Origin: Ophelia neglecta
Lineage: Eukaryota
NCBI GenBank assembly: GCA_965285935.1
Contig: OZ260665.1
Location: 46,438,001-46,502,000, forward strand
DNA: 64,000 nucleotides
Direction of reading: 5' to 3'
Positions 43,903-56,369 of this stretch are shown here, one piece after another. The stretch's first letter is position 1, and every line of letters starts with the position of its first letter. Under the pieces are notes generated by a model. That model had not been told where the DNA came from. It saw only the letters and a program-made list of their open reading frames with translations, and did no database searches. The position numbers and the translations under genes were made by a program.

Positions 43903-43952
43903 GTTTGTCTCTCACCTCACCCACTTATTCAACCCTATTTTACCCTTTTCAG

Positions 43953-44056
43953 ATATACGTAAACGCTTTGAGCGAGAACCAATAAACACAGCAGTGCAGG
44001 CAGAACATGCTACCCAACTGCAATGCTTACCTCCTGTTGGCTTACCAGAACCTGAG
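43953..44056 (+). CDS. unc-5: UNC-5 Ig2 N-terminal half, alternative exon B (104 nt, phase 1-0): (Y)IRKRFEREPINTAVQAEHATQLQCLPPVGLPEPE
   Basis: Not in the ORF track; translated by hand. Acceptor ccttttcag|AT, donor GAG|gtttgt. Same length and phases as exon A, no stop codon, conserved Ig Cys. Confidence 0.92.
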
Positions 44057-45864
44057 GTTTGTTTTTATTAACCTTCTTGCACTTCCCAAAATGTTCACAC
44101 CAGGTTTCATGATAATGTCTTCCAATTTATAACCCTTCAGACTGACAAATAACTTGACTTTAAGATATTATAATCCGATTAGTGTTCCAGATTAATCAAG
44201 TTCTGTCTAAATGATATATTGATCTGGGCTGACTGGTGCCTGCATTTCTATCAATCCTTGCACATGCTTCTTACTATTGTTGGTACTGGGGTGCTCATCA
44301 TTGGGGATGGACAATAGTTTGCTTTATTTAATCAACTTATATAAGTATCTATTAAATCTGTTTCAATCCTGCATTGCATATGTTCTATTTCCATGGCATT
44401 GTGTTAAACTGTTTATTATGATTATTACGCTCCTATGATTTTCAATAATATACATATATTCTGTTGACAATCAGCCATGAGATTGTTACATATCATTGTT
44501 TCAAACAATGGTTTCATAAAACACACACTTGTTGGTATTCTGTGCAGAAGAATGCTTCTCTGCATGAGAGCAGATCAATGCACATAGAAGAAAATCATCT
44601 CGACATAATCTCATAAACGTCACAAAGCCAATCTGAATCCACAAATCATTACCAGCTCAGAGATCAGTACCGGATCATCCATGAATAAACATTGAATTGT
44701 GTTGTGGGTTTATCCACAGCGTGTGCCCCCACAGAGCCCTACTAAAAAATCACAGTCTAATGAAGCATAGTCGTTATTGATCAAGTTGGCTAATTAAGCT
44801 TGAAGTTGTCTGGAGATGTAATTTCATGGACTCTTGCCCCGTCATTGTAGGGTTAAAGTCCTATTGAGGGCTGAACTGAATGTGAATGGGAGCATTACAA
44901 AGGTGGTTGGATGCTTTTAGAGCCAGTTGCTTGTTACTCTTCAATACTCAGAACTTGTGGAGTGATGGTAAAGATGACCTTGACACTGCAGCTTATGGGT
45001 CACTGCCTTGGAGATTAATATTAATGTAATGACATTGTCTGGCACAGATATAGATGCCGAACAATGCCAGCATTCAAAAATGGAAGCTGACCTCCAATCT
45101 CTCAGGACTTCTCTTATGCCATCACCCCTGTGTGACCTAGTGATCAACTCTTGCTTCATATTTTTGGTTTCAAGTGCTTGAAAAAATATTGACCCCATCT
45201 AAATTTTGAAGCTGTCTTGCATTTAGTTGTCAGCTCACCTGCTTACCTTGTTTGAACGTCAGCTGTAGATCAGCAGAGATCTCTGCACCTGAACTGGAGT
45301 GTTTGTCCTCTCTACCGCTGCTCTCCTTCACCCAACAAGAGGATCAAGTTAAAGAGCTGACACAAGTGGACCTAAGTAAGAGCCTGTTGGCTTATGCTAA
45401 TCTAGGCCTAAATCAATGATGAACGCAACCATTTCAACATATGAAAAACTAATATTTTCTATTTGAGCTCAGCCTGGCATTAATCCTTTGTGACACAACA
45501 AATCTCTTTATCATTCAGCAGTAAAGGTGAGGAGACCTGCTCAAAATACCAGAATTATTCACATTTTAGAGTTACAGGACTTAAAAAGAACAGTTTGTTT
45601 GAGTTTTGCCATAGCCTCCCCCCCCCCCCTCCCCCTCCCAGAGACTTAGTACTGAGATCCAGTGAGTCATATGGGGACATGAAAGGAAACAATTTTCTAA
45701 AATCTAGAATGAATTTTATGAGTAAAATTATTATGAACTACTGGTATATGGTGAGCTTGTGTCTCTTGTTTGACATTTAGTTTTATTATGTAAGTGATTT
45801 ACTAACTGTCTGGCCAAAAAAAACCTGATCCCAGGAATGTGGCTGTGTTTCCCTACACTGAATA

Positions 45865-46042
45865 CAGTGGTCCCTGCGATGTAGGGCCACCCCTCAATCC
45901 CAGGAAAAGTAGCCCTACATTGCAGGTGGCCCTTCATCAGAGGTATTTTAACATGGAATAGATAGGACATGGGAATTCAAAAACTGTCCAGCCATCGCAG
46001 GTTACCCTTCATGGGAGGGGCCCTACATCGCAGGGACCACTG
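45865..46042. mobile_element. MITE, Tc1/mariner-pogo (Tigger-like), 178 bp
   Basis: Perfect 24-bp terminal inverted repeats CAGTGGTCCCTGCGATGTAGGGCC ... GGCCCTACATCGCAGGGACCACTG, with TA on both sides (45863-4, 46043-4). A partial TIR-like copy lies inside. Confidence 0.9.
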
Positions 46043-48619
46043 TACTAGGTGATCAAAATAATAAAAAGCTAATGGACAAAATTTAACACAAGTTACATGT
46101 TCTTAGCCTGAAGCCCACTCTTAAGCGAAATATCAGTATACACACAGTGAAATTGCCCCAAACTATAGACAGCAAAAATATGTGATTGCTGAAACAGACT
46201 TTCGTCTAGAATTTCATGGTTCCATTTTCACACATCCTGGAAAATGTTAATTTTTCAAAAAAAGTAACAAACTTCACCTGAGTTGACATGCTGCAAAGTT
46301 TGCATTGGGGAAACAGTGTCTTTCCCACAGTTTTGCAGCAGAGGAAACAAGAAAATCAGTAAATAAACAACTGTCTACATTTCTGCTCTCACAAGCTTTG
46401 TGAGCTGATAGCATTGCATCTCATTAATGTCTAGGTGTAGTCAGCTTCTGGTGAACGCCACAAAACAAAAAATTGAGAGTTTATAAATTGACTAGATTTA
46501 CAACTTGCAAGTGCTTTAAACGCCGGCTGCCTACTGAGGGCTTCACAAGTGCTGCTTGTCTAGGACAAAGGTGTGAACATTGCAATATAAAGGCCTCTCA
46601 TTATCACTGTATCCAACTTCCTTGCAGTTGGCTTCATTGTTGCATGTCAAGCCGGTCACCCTGCAGGGCACAATAACCATTTAATGTGTGTGTTTTTGCC
46701 TCCAAGCTTGACACCAACTAGATCTCTCCTCCTGAGGTGTTACAAAGTGCATGGCCCAGGTGGTAGGTGTGACCTGAAGAGACTTCTAGTGGGCCAGGGC
46801 TAGTATTTTGCCATCAGAGGGGCTGTAGATTGTAAACTATCAAGATGATTTCAAGCTACACATGGCTTTTTGTTGGGAGAAAAAAACCAAGTCTTGATGG
46901 CTGGAGTGATCTTTTACATACTCTAAGCACTGAATTCAATGCATTTAGTCATGTAATATACCCTGATTGTAACACCAACAGAATTGTACTGTTCTAATGG
47001 GCCCATCTTGAAGAAGTTTTGTGTACTTCAAGCCTTACTATAGTGACACTTGTGAATATATTGAAATAGAAATTATTATTAAATGAACGGAAATATCCAA
47101 CATGTTTGAATACATCAATACCATGTAATACTTTCAGGGAATAAAACGTCACCATTCAAGTACAACTTTTATTAATGTTTTTTGTCAAATTGATAGTTAA
47201 GTATTTCAATTTGAAGATAATTGGCCCACATGTTTCAAATATTCCATTCATTTGAAAGTAGTGTAGGATTCCTTTATTAAGTGGAAAATGACAAGTAGAT
47301 CAAAACAGGAAGCAATTTGTATTATTCCATCTACCTTTTGATTGGAGAACAAACCTTTAATTTTGGCAAAGCAGGTGTTTAATCGAGTCAAATTGGAGCT
47401 TGTAATAAATGCAGTATTGTATGTCCAGGTGGAAGGGGTTGGGGAGGGGAGGGTTTGTTTGATCGGGAGGGAAGGGCTTGTTTGAGCGCAGACGTCTGTC
47501 CCATCCTCCCGCTATGACCTAGCAGATGGTTGCCACCAGATCTACAGGAACAAGATCAAAACCTAGCAGATCTCCCGTTGCCTAATTACTTAATTGTGGT
47601 CTTTGTTCTGTCCATTTTTATTTCATATTTGGCCATTTCCAATAGATTTATGATATAAGAGAATTGTCCAGCTCCCTTATTAGTTCCTTATTACAGGAAA
47701 TTCACACAAATTGAAAATTACTGCTGTTTAATCATCATGTGATTGCTTTGGGTGTCTGCTAGTTGCACATTAAAGTTGAGCTTCTCTTGCACTTACTCTG
47801 ACCATTTTATTGAGTACTGATCCAAGGGATGTATGGACCAATCCAGAAGTGACTGAGTTAAGAAAATATCAAATCACTCATAATGTATACATGATTGATT
47901 TCGTTTATTTGTCTCATTCTGATGGCAGTTTGCATAGTTGTCTGTGCAAAACTGCTTTGCTATTTATACATCTCCACTTCACCGAAATGTAAGTGGTTTA
48001 AAACAGAATGCCTCAGGCTATTGGGAATCAACATCAATTGATGGGGCAAAATTGGATCATCTGCCATTTATGGTTGTCTTAAAAGCACAAACAGTTTCAT
48101 GCTCACCATTTTAACTTAATGAAAACTAAATTGAAACAATCAAGTACTAAATTCACTTAAAACCTGGACATCATGCATTGTTGACTCTGGGGTTTAAGCA
48201 CTATTGTACTTTCATCTAGCACAACAGCCTGTGGCTATAAGCTGGTAAATTGTCCTTGTCCCATTCTGTTTTATTCGGATGGAACTGATTTGCTCTGTTT
48301 AATCCATACTCAGACAATATGTTCTAATCGCAGCCCTGGGCCAAGCACAAAACAAGATTGTTCCTTTATGTAATGGAACCAAACTACTGCCAGCGTCATC
48401 TAAAGTATCACGCAAACTTAAATGTGCTATGACAAGTTTACCTCATTCCATATAATAACTATTCTTAAAGTAGTGAAACCCTCACATGTGAAACAATGAA
48501 ATTTCAAAAATGAAACGTTATCGTGCCTTCATAAATTAATGTCATCCTAAATCTTGCTGTAGGATGGTAATCCTATATGTTTTGCTCCTCAATAATCATC
48601 CTTGTGTGTGTGTTTTCAG

Positions 48620-48800
48620 GTGTTCTGGCTGAAAGATGGGGAGATGATTGATGTGGAAAAAGAGATCAACTACATCATCTCCAACGAGGGAAACCTCATC
48701 ATCAACCAGGCCCGGCTGGAGGACATGGGCAACTACACATGCGGGGCTCAAAACATGGCCAGTCGCAGGTTGAGCGAGTCTGCCACTCTCACTGTCTATG
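48620..48800 (+). CDS. unc-5: UNC-5 Ig2 C-terminal half exon (181 nt, phase 0-1): VFWLKDGEMIDVEKEINYIISNEGNLIINQARLEDMGNYTCGAQNMASRRLSESATLTVY
   Basis: Acceptor tgttttcag|GTG, donor TATG|gtaagt. I-set motifs W-x-K-D-G and D-x-G-x-Y-x-C. Confidence 0.96.
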
Positions 48801-51594
48801 GTAAGTATCCAGACATCATTTTAGATGATTCTTATAGAATCAAAAAGTTGCCCTTACCATGTGTCTTTATGGTATGCTGTTGTCATGTTTGTGATGAGTT
48901 CCGTCCAGCCAAGCCTGCTGCTAATGATTTCAAATTCAGCTCCTGGATTGGGTCTCTTCCCTCAAGTGTCTTTATGCAAACATTTGTTGCAGATCAATAC
49001 GATCTGGAGACTTGTGATATATTTCCTGGATATGGCCTTAAAGCCAACTGTGAGATGGATATCTGGAGCTGAGGGGCAGGCTAACAGCTTCAAATGATGG
49101 ATTTTGTGTGTTTCAGTAATGTTATGACACGGCTTTGTTACTAAGACAGAGTAGTCTGCAAGGACAATGACTTTAACTCTAATATCACAAGTCACTTTGG
49201 AAGTAGAGAAGGGCTTGCTGGCACTTAATTATAGCACATGTTACTGTTAGAATGTTTGCTCTAAATTTGCTTAAACATAGAAAAGGTGATGAGTTACCTG
49301 TTGTGATTTAAGTACAAAAAATGGAACAGAGTAAATAAACACCTTATTTTTTATGTGTTAAAATGGCGGTGATTTTAATCCAATTTTCATTGCTTTCACT
49401 GAATGAATCCAAATTAAAGGTTACTTGGCTCACCTCTGGCGTTTGCAATTTCCCCAACTGTTCATTTTAGGGACCAGCTTATTTGCCAAGTGTCACAAAT
49501 TTGAAGCTTTTTCAGAACCTGATTCAGCAATCCAATTTCCACTCACATGCCCACATTTAGTGTGAAGGATATTAAACTTTTCCTCTCATAGGGCACTCAT
49601 GCTAAGGACCAGGCCTTAGGTCCACAGCTATACCAACTTGTTCATTGCCAGTCTTGCTTGCTACTAGCCACATGGGCCATTATTAGAGAAAGATTTATTG
49701 TGCTGTTTTGAAAACTTGATTATGACATGGCATTCGAAGTATTTGATGTGAAATAAATGTAATCGACCAAAATTATTAAACATTTAGCAATGGTCAGAAA
49801 CAGCACCATTCTGAGTGTCTGGATCTGCTTCAATTAGCCAGTTCAAGTGGATAACCTAATAAGGGTACTGTCACCCAATGAAATAAGTGATAATTAATAT
49901 AATTATCATGATGCAGACTGTGGTAGCAATGAGTGGAGTAATGAGTGTAATGTGATTCAGAAGACACCTGTTAATTTCCCCATGGAGATGTGGAATGCCA
50001 ATTTTGGCTTCATCCAGCTATCTAAGCTTGAAATGGTCGTCTGAGTCATCTGTGTCAGTCAGAAGTTCCTCCAACATGCTCAGCAGCCAGCACTAACTCC
50101 AATTCATTGTACAAACCCTGTCTTCTGTCCAAAGTCTTTAATTAGCCTTGGTCACTGGGTAGCATCCCACATAACTGTATTATAGTTATCATAGACTGAT
50201 TGATAGTATTCATATTTAGCTTTCCCAAAACTCAGAGGAGATGTTAGTAAAGGATTCAGCCATCAATACTTGACAATTCCCTTTACGCTAACCACCTAGT
50301 CTTCTGTTGATATATCTTTCACAGTGATCATCTTTTACCTGGGAACCCATAACTGTTTATTAGGTGTGCTCGCATCCTTACACTGGTCCATGTACATGAA
50401 CATAGAAAATATTATGTTTATTCTACACAAAGAATCCATGTAATTTGAGGCAAAATGTTATAACCTTGCAAATGAGCTGCTAATTCTACTTGGAAGACAT
50501 CAATATTGCTTTTTGGCAACTGTTAATTGTAGCTGTTACACTAGTCATTAGTAACTCATTATTTTGGAGAAAAGTTGTTAAACAAGTGATAATCTGGTGG
50601 AGTAATCAGACAATAGGCTGTGATGTAAGTTGAAGCTGCATTGTCAATACTATTTAGCATGTAAATTAGAATTAATCTGCTGTGCAAACAGAAATTGTAA
50701 ATGAGTAATGAAGGATTCTTTTTATTCCTGAGAATCTACACCTGATCCTTCTCTAACAGTCACCAGCAAACTTACTTTATTCAACATGAGAGATGAACAA
50801 GCACTGAAGTTATGGAAAAAAGCAACTGTAAACTTATGCAGTTTTTGTTACATCAAGTTGCTAAAAAAAAAAAGTCTGTTGAGATGAGATGTAGTCTTTA
50901 ATTTTACTGATGATTTAATGAGTCATGGTCGGCCAAATCAGTGTCTTTTCTAACAGAATAACTTAAGATCTTGAATTGCAGATAACTCTGGTTGTTTTGC
51001 TTCAGGTTTTCCCCTTGCAATGTTGACCGCTCAATCAAAATTTGTGCATGATTCCTCTCTATTCCAAGTATTTAGCATAAGTTGTAATATGAGATTGTGA
51101 AATATTAGAGAACAAAATTAATTGTTTAAATTGACTGCTGTGAAATATGGATATGCTTGCGCACGCTGTGTAAAGTTTACTGAGTATTGCAGTCATCTGT
51201 TAGACTTGAGATATGAACATTCCCAGTGGTCTCTCCCCAGAGCAGGCCTCATTGTTGACACCTGTTCAGTTGTAGTTCAGGTGAGTTGGTGAGGTAGAAA
51301 TCATTGACTTGTGTGCCAACTCCTGCTGCTGCCTGACACAGTGTTTGAGCAGTTGGTGACAGAGGACAGAGATCCATTTGGCCATGCCTTCTCTTATTGT
51401 CTTTATGGCACAAGTCATGTTATACTCGGGCTATGTCAACACCTTTGGGCTAGCTGTGGGTATCTCAATGAATTTGACAACTTGAAGTTATGACAAATTT
51501 CAATTAATTATGTTAGCTTAAAAAAGCAAACATTTGTCCTTATGAACATCTGTTGCCACTCTTTCACCAAATATTGATAATTTTGCTAGCAGGT

Positions 51595-51647
51595 TTGACT
51601 TGATGCACTATTAATTCCAGTTTGACTTGATGCAATATTAATTCCAA
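51595..51647. repeat. Short tandem duplication (2 x ~26 bp)
   Basis: gtttgacttgatgca(c/a)tattaattcca occurs twice, adjacent. Confidence 0.8.
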
Positions 51648-53910
51648 ATTATTTTTACATCTCAGCTCATCAATGGTTCATCGGCCAATGCTTATCTCGT
51701 TTCACCTTGAATTGTCCATGTCAGTGGCAAGCAAGTTTGTCTTTCATGGCAATTCTTTTAACCTAAGTCTGGAATGGTAATCTTAAGCCAATGCAAAAAG
51801 GACCATTCAGTCCTCTGAAAACTTCAGCAGGGTAGCCCACAAAACTGTCACTTGACTAGACCAATGAAAACGTTTGCCCACAGTGTGCTAAGAACACATT
51901 CCGATTCTCAAAGTTGAGAACAGATTAGTCTAGGGTTTCCCAAATAAACCAACAATGTACATTGGCTTTATTCTACCAAATGTGTACATAGCTACTTAAA
52001 CCTCAGATCTGAGGCAATCAACAGATTTCCGTGTAAAGACGTTGTGATTGGCAAACACAAGAACTATGAAAAATAAATATTCACTTTAATCTGTGGTTTA
52101 CTTATGGTAACAAGGATTGTGCATTCAGTAAACAACATGACATCTTCATTATACTGTTGTCACTCATTGGCTAGGGTTGACATGCATGATATGTCAGCTT
52201 TAGATCAATTTTATTTTATTATTCAAGCCATTTCTGACTTCTTACAGCATTAAAAAGTGTATTTAAATGTATGGGTTCTGGTTAACTGAGACGCAGGAAT
52301 ATAAAGCTCATCAGGCTGCCCTGCTGATTCCTCTAAAACTTGGATTACAGTTGAGTTCAGAGACAAGCTAACATTCACCTGTACTTTATGAAGGCTTAGG
52401 ACAGGTCTTCAGAACATCAAGTCATGAGACATGCATCAGGCCAAACCTCAGGATTGGAAATGTCTTGAAGACAGGGCAGACAGTTTGGTTATTCAGGGAT
52501 CATAGTTATTTCTTCAGGAAGAAACATTAAATACTATTGTAGGGACGGGGAAAGTTCCTAATAAACATCCCATATTAATTTTTTTATCATTCCAAATTTA
52601 ATGTTTAAATGGATATGTCGATGACACCAAGACTGAACATAACATTTGACAATGTTGAACACATCCTGAATTAAACAATTCTAAATTAGATGGAATTTAA
52701 GTTAGACCAAATCCCTGCATAACATAAAATTGGACATATATAAAATGATATTGATCCTAGGGTAAGAACACTTTAGTTAAACATACAACTTCCATAGACT
52801 CTACATACCTTATACACTCATTCAGTCAATTATGGTACAGTTTGTGTAGCAGTTCACATGTGGGCTATTCATAACTATAGGGGCAATATGAAATGTTGCT
52901 GATCTTAAAAATAATATAAGTACTAGCCTTCTATGTCAGAGGATGATATTGTTAAGCTTGAAGAATTCTTTGATATCTAGATCCTATCAAGTCAATTTGT
53001 AACAGGCTTGGCTATAATACTGGCAATGATGTTGATTTCATGATGTATCATTCTGGTTTGCTCGTCCTTCAGGATTAGCTGGTGCTCCTAACTGATTTTT
53101 AATAACAATTAAGGTCACATAATGGCCCTTTCACCCTTTGAGTAGACCACATATGGCTCCTGTGTTTTCACAGTTTTGTTCTGCTCTGAATAACCTGATA
53201 TAAAAATAATGAGTTAATTTTCCATGACATCATCAATTGAATTCTCCATGTATAGTAGAATAGGGATGTATAGATAGAGTGGAGAGAAATGGAAACCTAA
53301 CTGCAGTCAGGGTGATGTCCCTTGAGTGCCATGCATGAGATCCTATTGTTGCTGTTCAGCATCCCTTATTGGCCCCTAAATTAATCCCAATGGGGTCAAT
53401 AGTGGTAGCCTTGATAGCAGTCTAATTCCGATTGAACTGCAGTCAGGTAAATGAATTGCAATATTGACTTAGGGGATGATTTTGCCAACTGATAACATTA
53501 GTAAATCCATTTGAATATTTGAAATTACTTCATATCACTGAGGAGCCTCCGACAGAGAAGTTTTGTAGTTTTGTCATGCAAAAACTGGACCCATGTAATT
53601 ATATTATACTAAATTGTCAAATGCAGAGGAAATGAGAAGACATTCCTTTTAACAAATATGCCAGTGTAATTGGATTCTTCATACATAACAAACATTACTC
53701 TTTGGGGGAATGGATAGCATGTGAAAGGTTATGTATGCTAAATGTTATTGATCAGGTCATTACTATACACACTGGGAAATAGCCCAGTAGTTCAATCAGA
53801 AGTTAATCAAACTTCTTTGAGCCCTCCCTACTCACTTTTGAAGGTCCATAAGTTTGTTTTTTGAGTGTGTATGGTTTTTACAAATTAAAGATGTGTGGTT
53901 ATGTTTGCAG

Positions 53911-54078
53911 TGAATGGTGGTTGGTCGACATGGAGCCAGTGGAGTGAGTGTAGTAGTCGCTGTGGGAAGGGACAGAGAAAGCGGATGAGGACTTGTTCTG
54001 AACCCTCTCCTCTCAATGGAGGTGCTCCCTGCAGCAGTGAGGCTCTACAACGGGAGCCTTGTACCAGCGTTTGTTCAG
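53911..54078 (+). CDS. unc-5: UNC-5 thrombospondin type-1 repeat 1 exon (168 nt, phase 1-1): (V)NGGWSTWSQWSECSSRCGKGQRKRMRTCSEPSPLNGGAPCSSEALQREPCTSVCS
   Basis: Acceptor tttgcag|TG, donor CAG|gttagt. WxxWxxW, CS..CG.G, R.R.C..P.P..GG..C. Confidence 0.96.
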
Positions 54079-56330
54079 GTTAGTATCATTTCTACTCCCT
54101 CTCCGTAATTCCCTCCTATCTCAGGTTTAATGGGCAAAAGTCGGCTGAAAGACATCACTATTTTTACTTATTTCAACAGTTTTTCTATATTATTAACAGC
54201 CCTGTTTTATCGGTGATTGATTATGTAATGGATCTGGCCTAAACATCTAAACAATACATGTCACCAGAGTCACTACCTGTAAGTGGTATGAAGTAGATGA
54301 AGGGGTGCCAGCATTGTTCTGCTGTGTATGTATTAACTAATGTTTGATGAGGATGAGACATGCCAGTGGATGGAAATTCAACCTGCTGATTGAGAAAGCC
54401 AACCCTGTTGACCTTGATGGCCGAGAAAATCGTTTGAGTCCCCATCAATTACGAAGCAAATCCTGCTGGCAAACACAAATTTGAGAGTAGGGCAAGCTTC
54501 CGGGGCTTAGGACTGTCATTTGCAAATGGCTGAGTCCTTTGTTTTTCCCATCCCAACAAGGGGAGCATTTACATTCTGCCACATAGGCATGTCTTGTGGA
54601 CAAGAAAAGGCCACCGACACACATGCCCATTGTTGTCATTTTTCCTAGCTTATCAATTGATGATGAAATTCATACAGGCCAACATTAAAACAAATTTTTA
54701 TGTTTGCACATTGCTGGACAGCATCAAAGTTTCCAGGGAATGGTTGATTAAAACAATGTCTGATGCATTATTTATTAAAACACAAATGTGCACCAAGAAT
54801 TATAGATCTGTATTGATATTTCATTTATTCATTAATTACATATGTCATACATTTAAAATGAAACAAACTACCTATTAAAATTACTGAAAACTTAAGGATA
54901 GTACAAATTCAATATAGGATAGGTCAAGAAGTACAAATGTAAAACATGTAATTTAAACTCATGCAGTTAATTTTCATAATTTAATAAAAACATGTTAATC
55001 AAGTAATTCATAATTGAAATTCAAACATGTGTTGAACAACAAGTTGAAATTGTCATTATAAGTAGCTAATAATTCATTAAGGCCATCAACATGTTTCTGC
55101 CTAATTTAAAGATATTATTATTTATCAAATGTTTATCTGAACCTTTATTTATACATATAATAGTTATAAAGTATTGGTACTTGAAATTCTGTGACAGAAA
55201 TTCAATGACTGTGACAGAAAATGTGCAATCAATCAGATCTTGGGCCATATTTGAAAATTGTGGTTAACAAAAGAAGCTTTTAAGTTAAACTGCTTAGCAG
55301 AGATTTTGACATTTGCTGTTAGAGTCTTGATTTATACTCAAATTTCGCCCGTCTTGGGGTAGTTTTGTTCAATCTTAGAGATGTTATCACTTGGATGGTA
55401 AAAGGGCCAGAAGGAGGACATGTAGTTTGGGTTTGTTGACAATGCATAATGGCACAGGCATCAATTAGAATTTCTAAAAGCATCTCAACACAGCTCAGCC
55501 ATTGCTGCATTATACATCAAGGTTGAAAGCATTTCTAATAGCAAGGGGACTTTAGTGATAACCATCACACTGTACAATAGGGGAGGTGAAATTTGTTCAA
55601 TTCTATTCAGCTAGAAAGAACTTTTAGATTATAGTTATGTCCTTTGGACACATTTGGGATTTTCTAATCCCATAAATATAGTTTGCTAAATAACCCCTGT
55701 CCATTAGATGATAAACAAATCAAAGCATTTGTCTTCATCAATGTCTCATATTTTTTTTATACATCATTGCCTGAGGCCAGTCTGAGACTAAAAACAGTGA
55801 TGTGAATTACTTATAAGAAGTCCACACTCTATAAAGAGAGCGCTTGGTGCACCTGCACACTGGCAGTCAACCTGAACTTCCACAGGCACTGATCTTTATC
55901 TATACAGGCTCGAAAGATCTGCTGGCCCTGGTTAAATCACAGCCCTCTCAGCTGTGCATTTTGTCATTGTTCTCCTGTCAGAATTTGAAAAAATCCTTTG
56001 CCTGATAAGGTAAAGATAAATGGATGGTAGGCCTAATTCAGACAGGCTAGGGTGAGGAAGGTCTCATACTGATGGAGTCCCAAATGCCTGTTAAATACTC
56101 CTCATAATAAATGCTGACACTAACACTACCATGCACTAAAATTGGCATATATATATATATATATATTTCTACCACATTCTCACCTCTGTAATACACCACT
56201 TAATAGTTGAAACAAATAATTCTTAAAACTTTGGGCTGTTATCATTCAGGCTTGTTGCAGACAAATGCTCCTGTTATCGAAATAGCAGTAAGGCACTGAT
56301 AATGAAAAAAAAAAGCACAATTCATTACTT

Positions 56331-56369
56331 TAATTGATTGTCCTCATTCTAATTGATTGTCCTCATTCT
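56331..56369. repeat. Short tandem duplication (2 x 19 bp)
   Basis: taattgattgtcctcattc occurs twice, adjacent. Confidence 0.85.

Noticed and set aside
35959-48619. Search by eye for further copies of the Ig2 N-half exon (a larger Dscam-like array) and for docking/selector pairings
   Set aside because: No additional RKRFEREP or CLPP.G.P-like segments and no obvious complementary elements were seen. A TBLASTN/HMM scan and RNA co-folding would be needed to exclude them.
48801-49072. In-frame read-through of the Ig2 exon into the intron (possible secreted Ig-only isoform)
   Set aside because: The donor G|gtaagt is a perfect consensus and the extension has no protein-like features; no evidence without transcripts.
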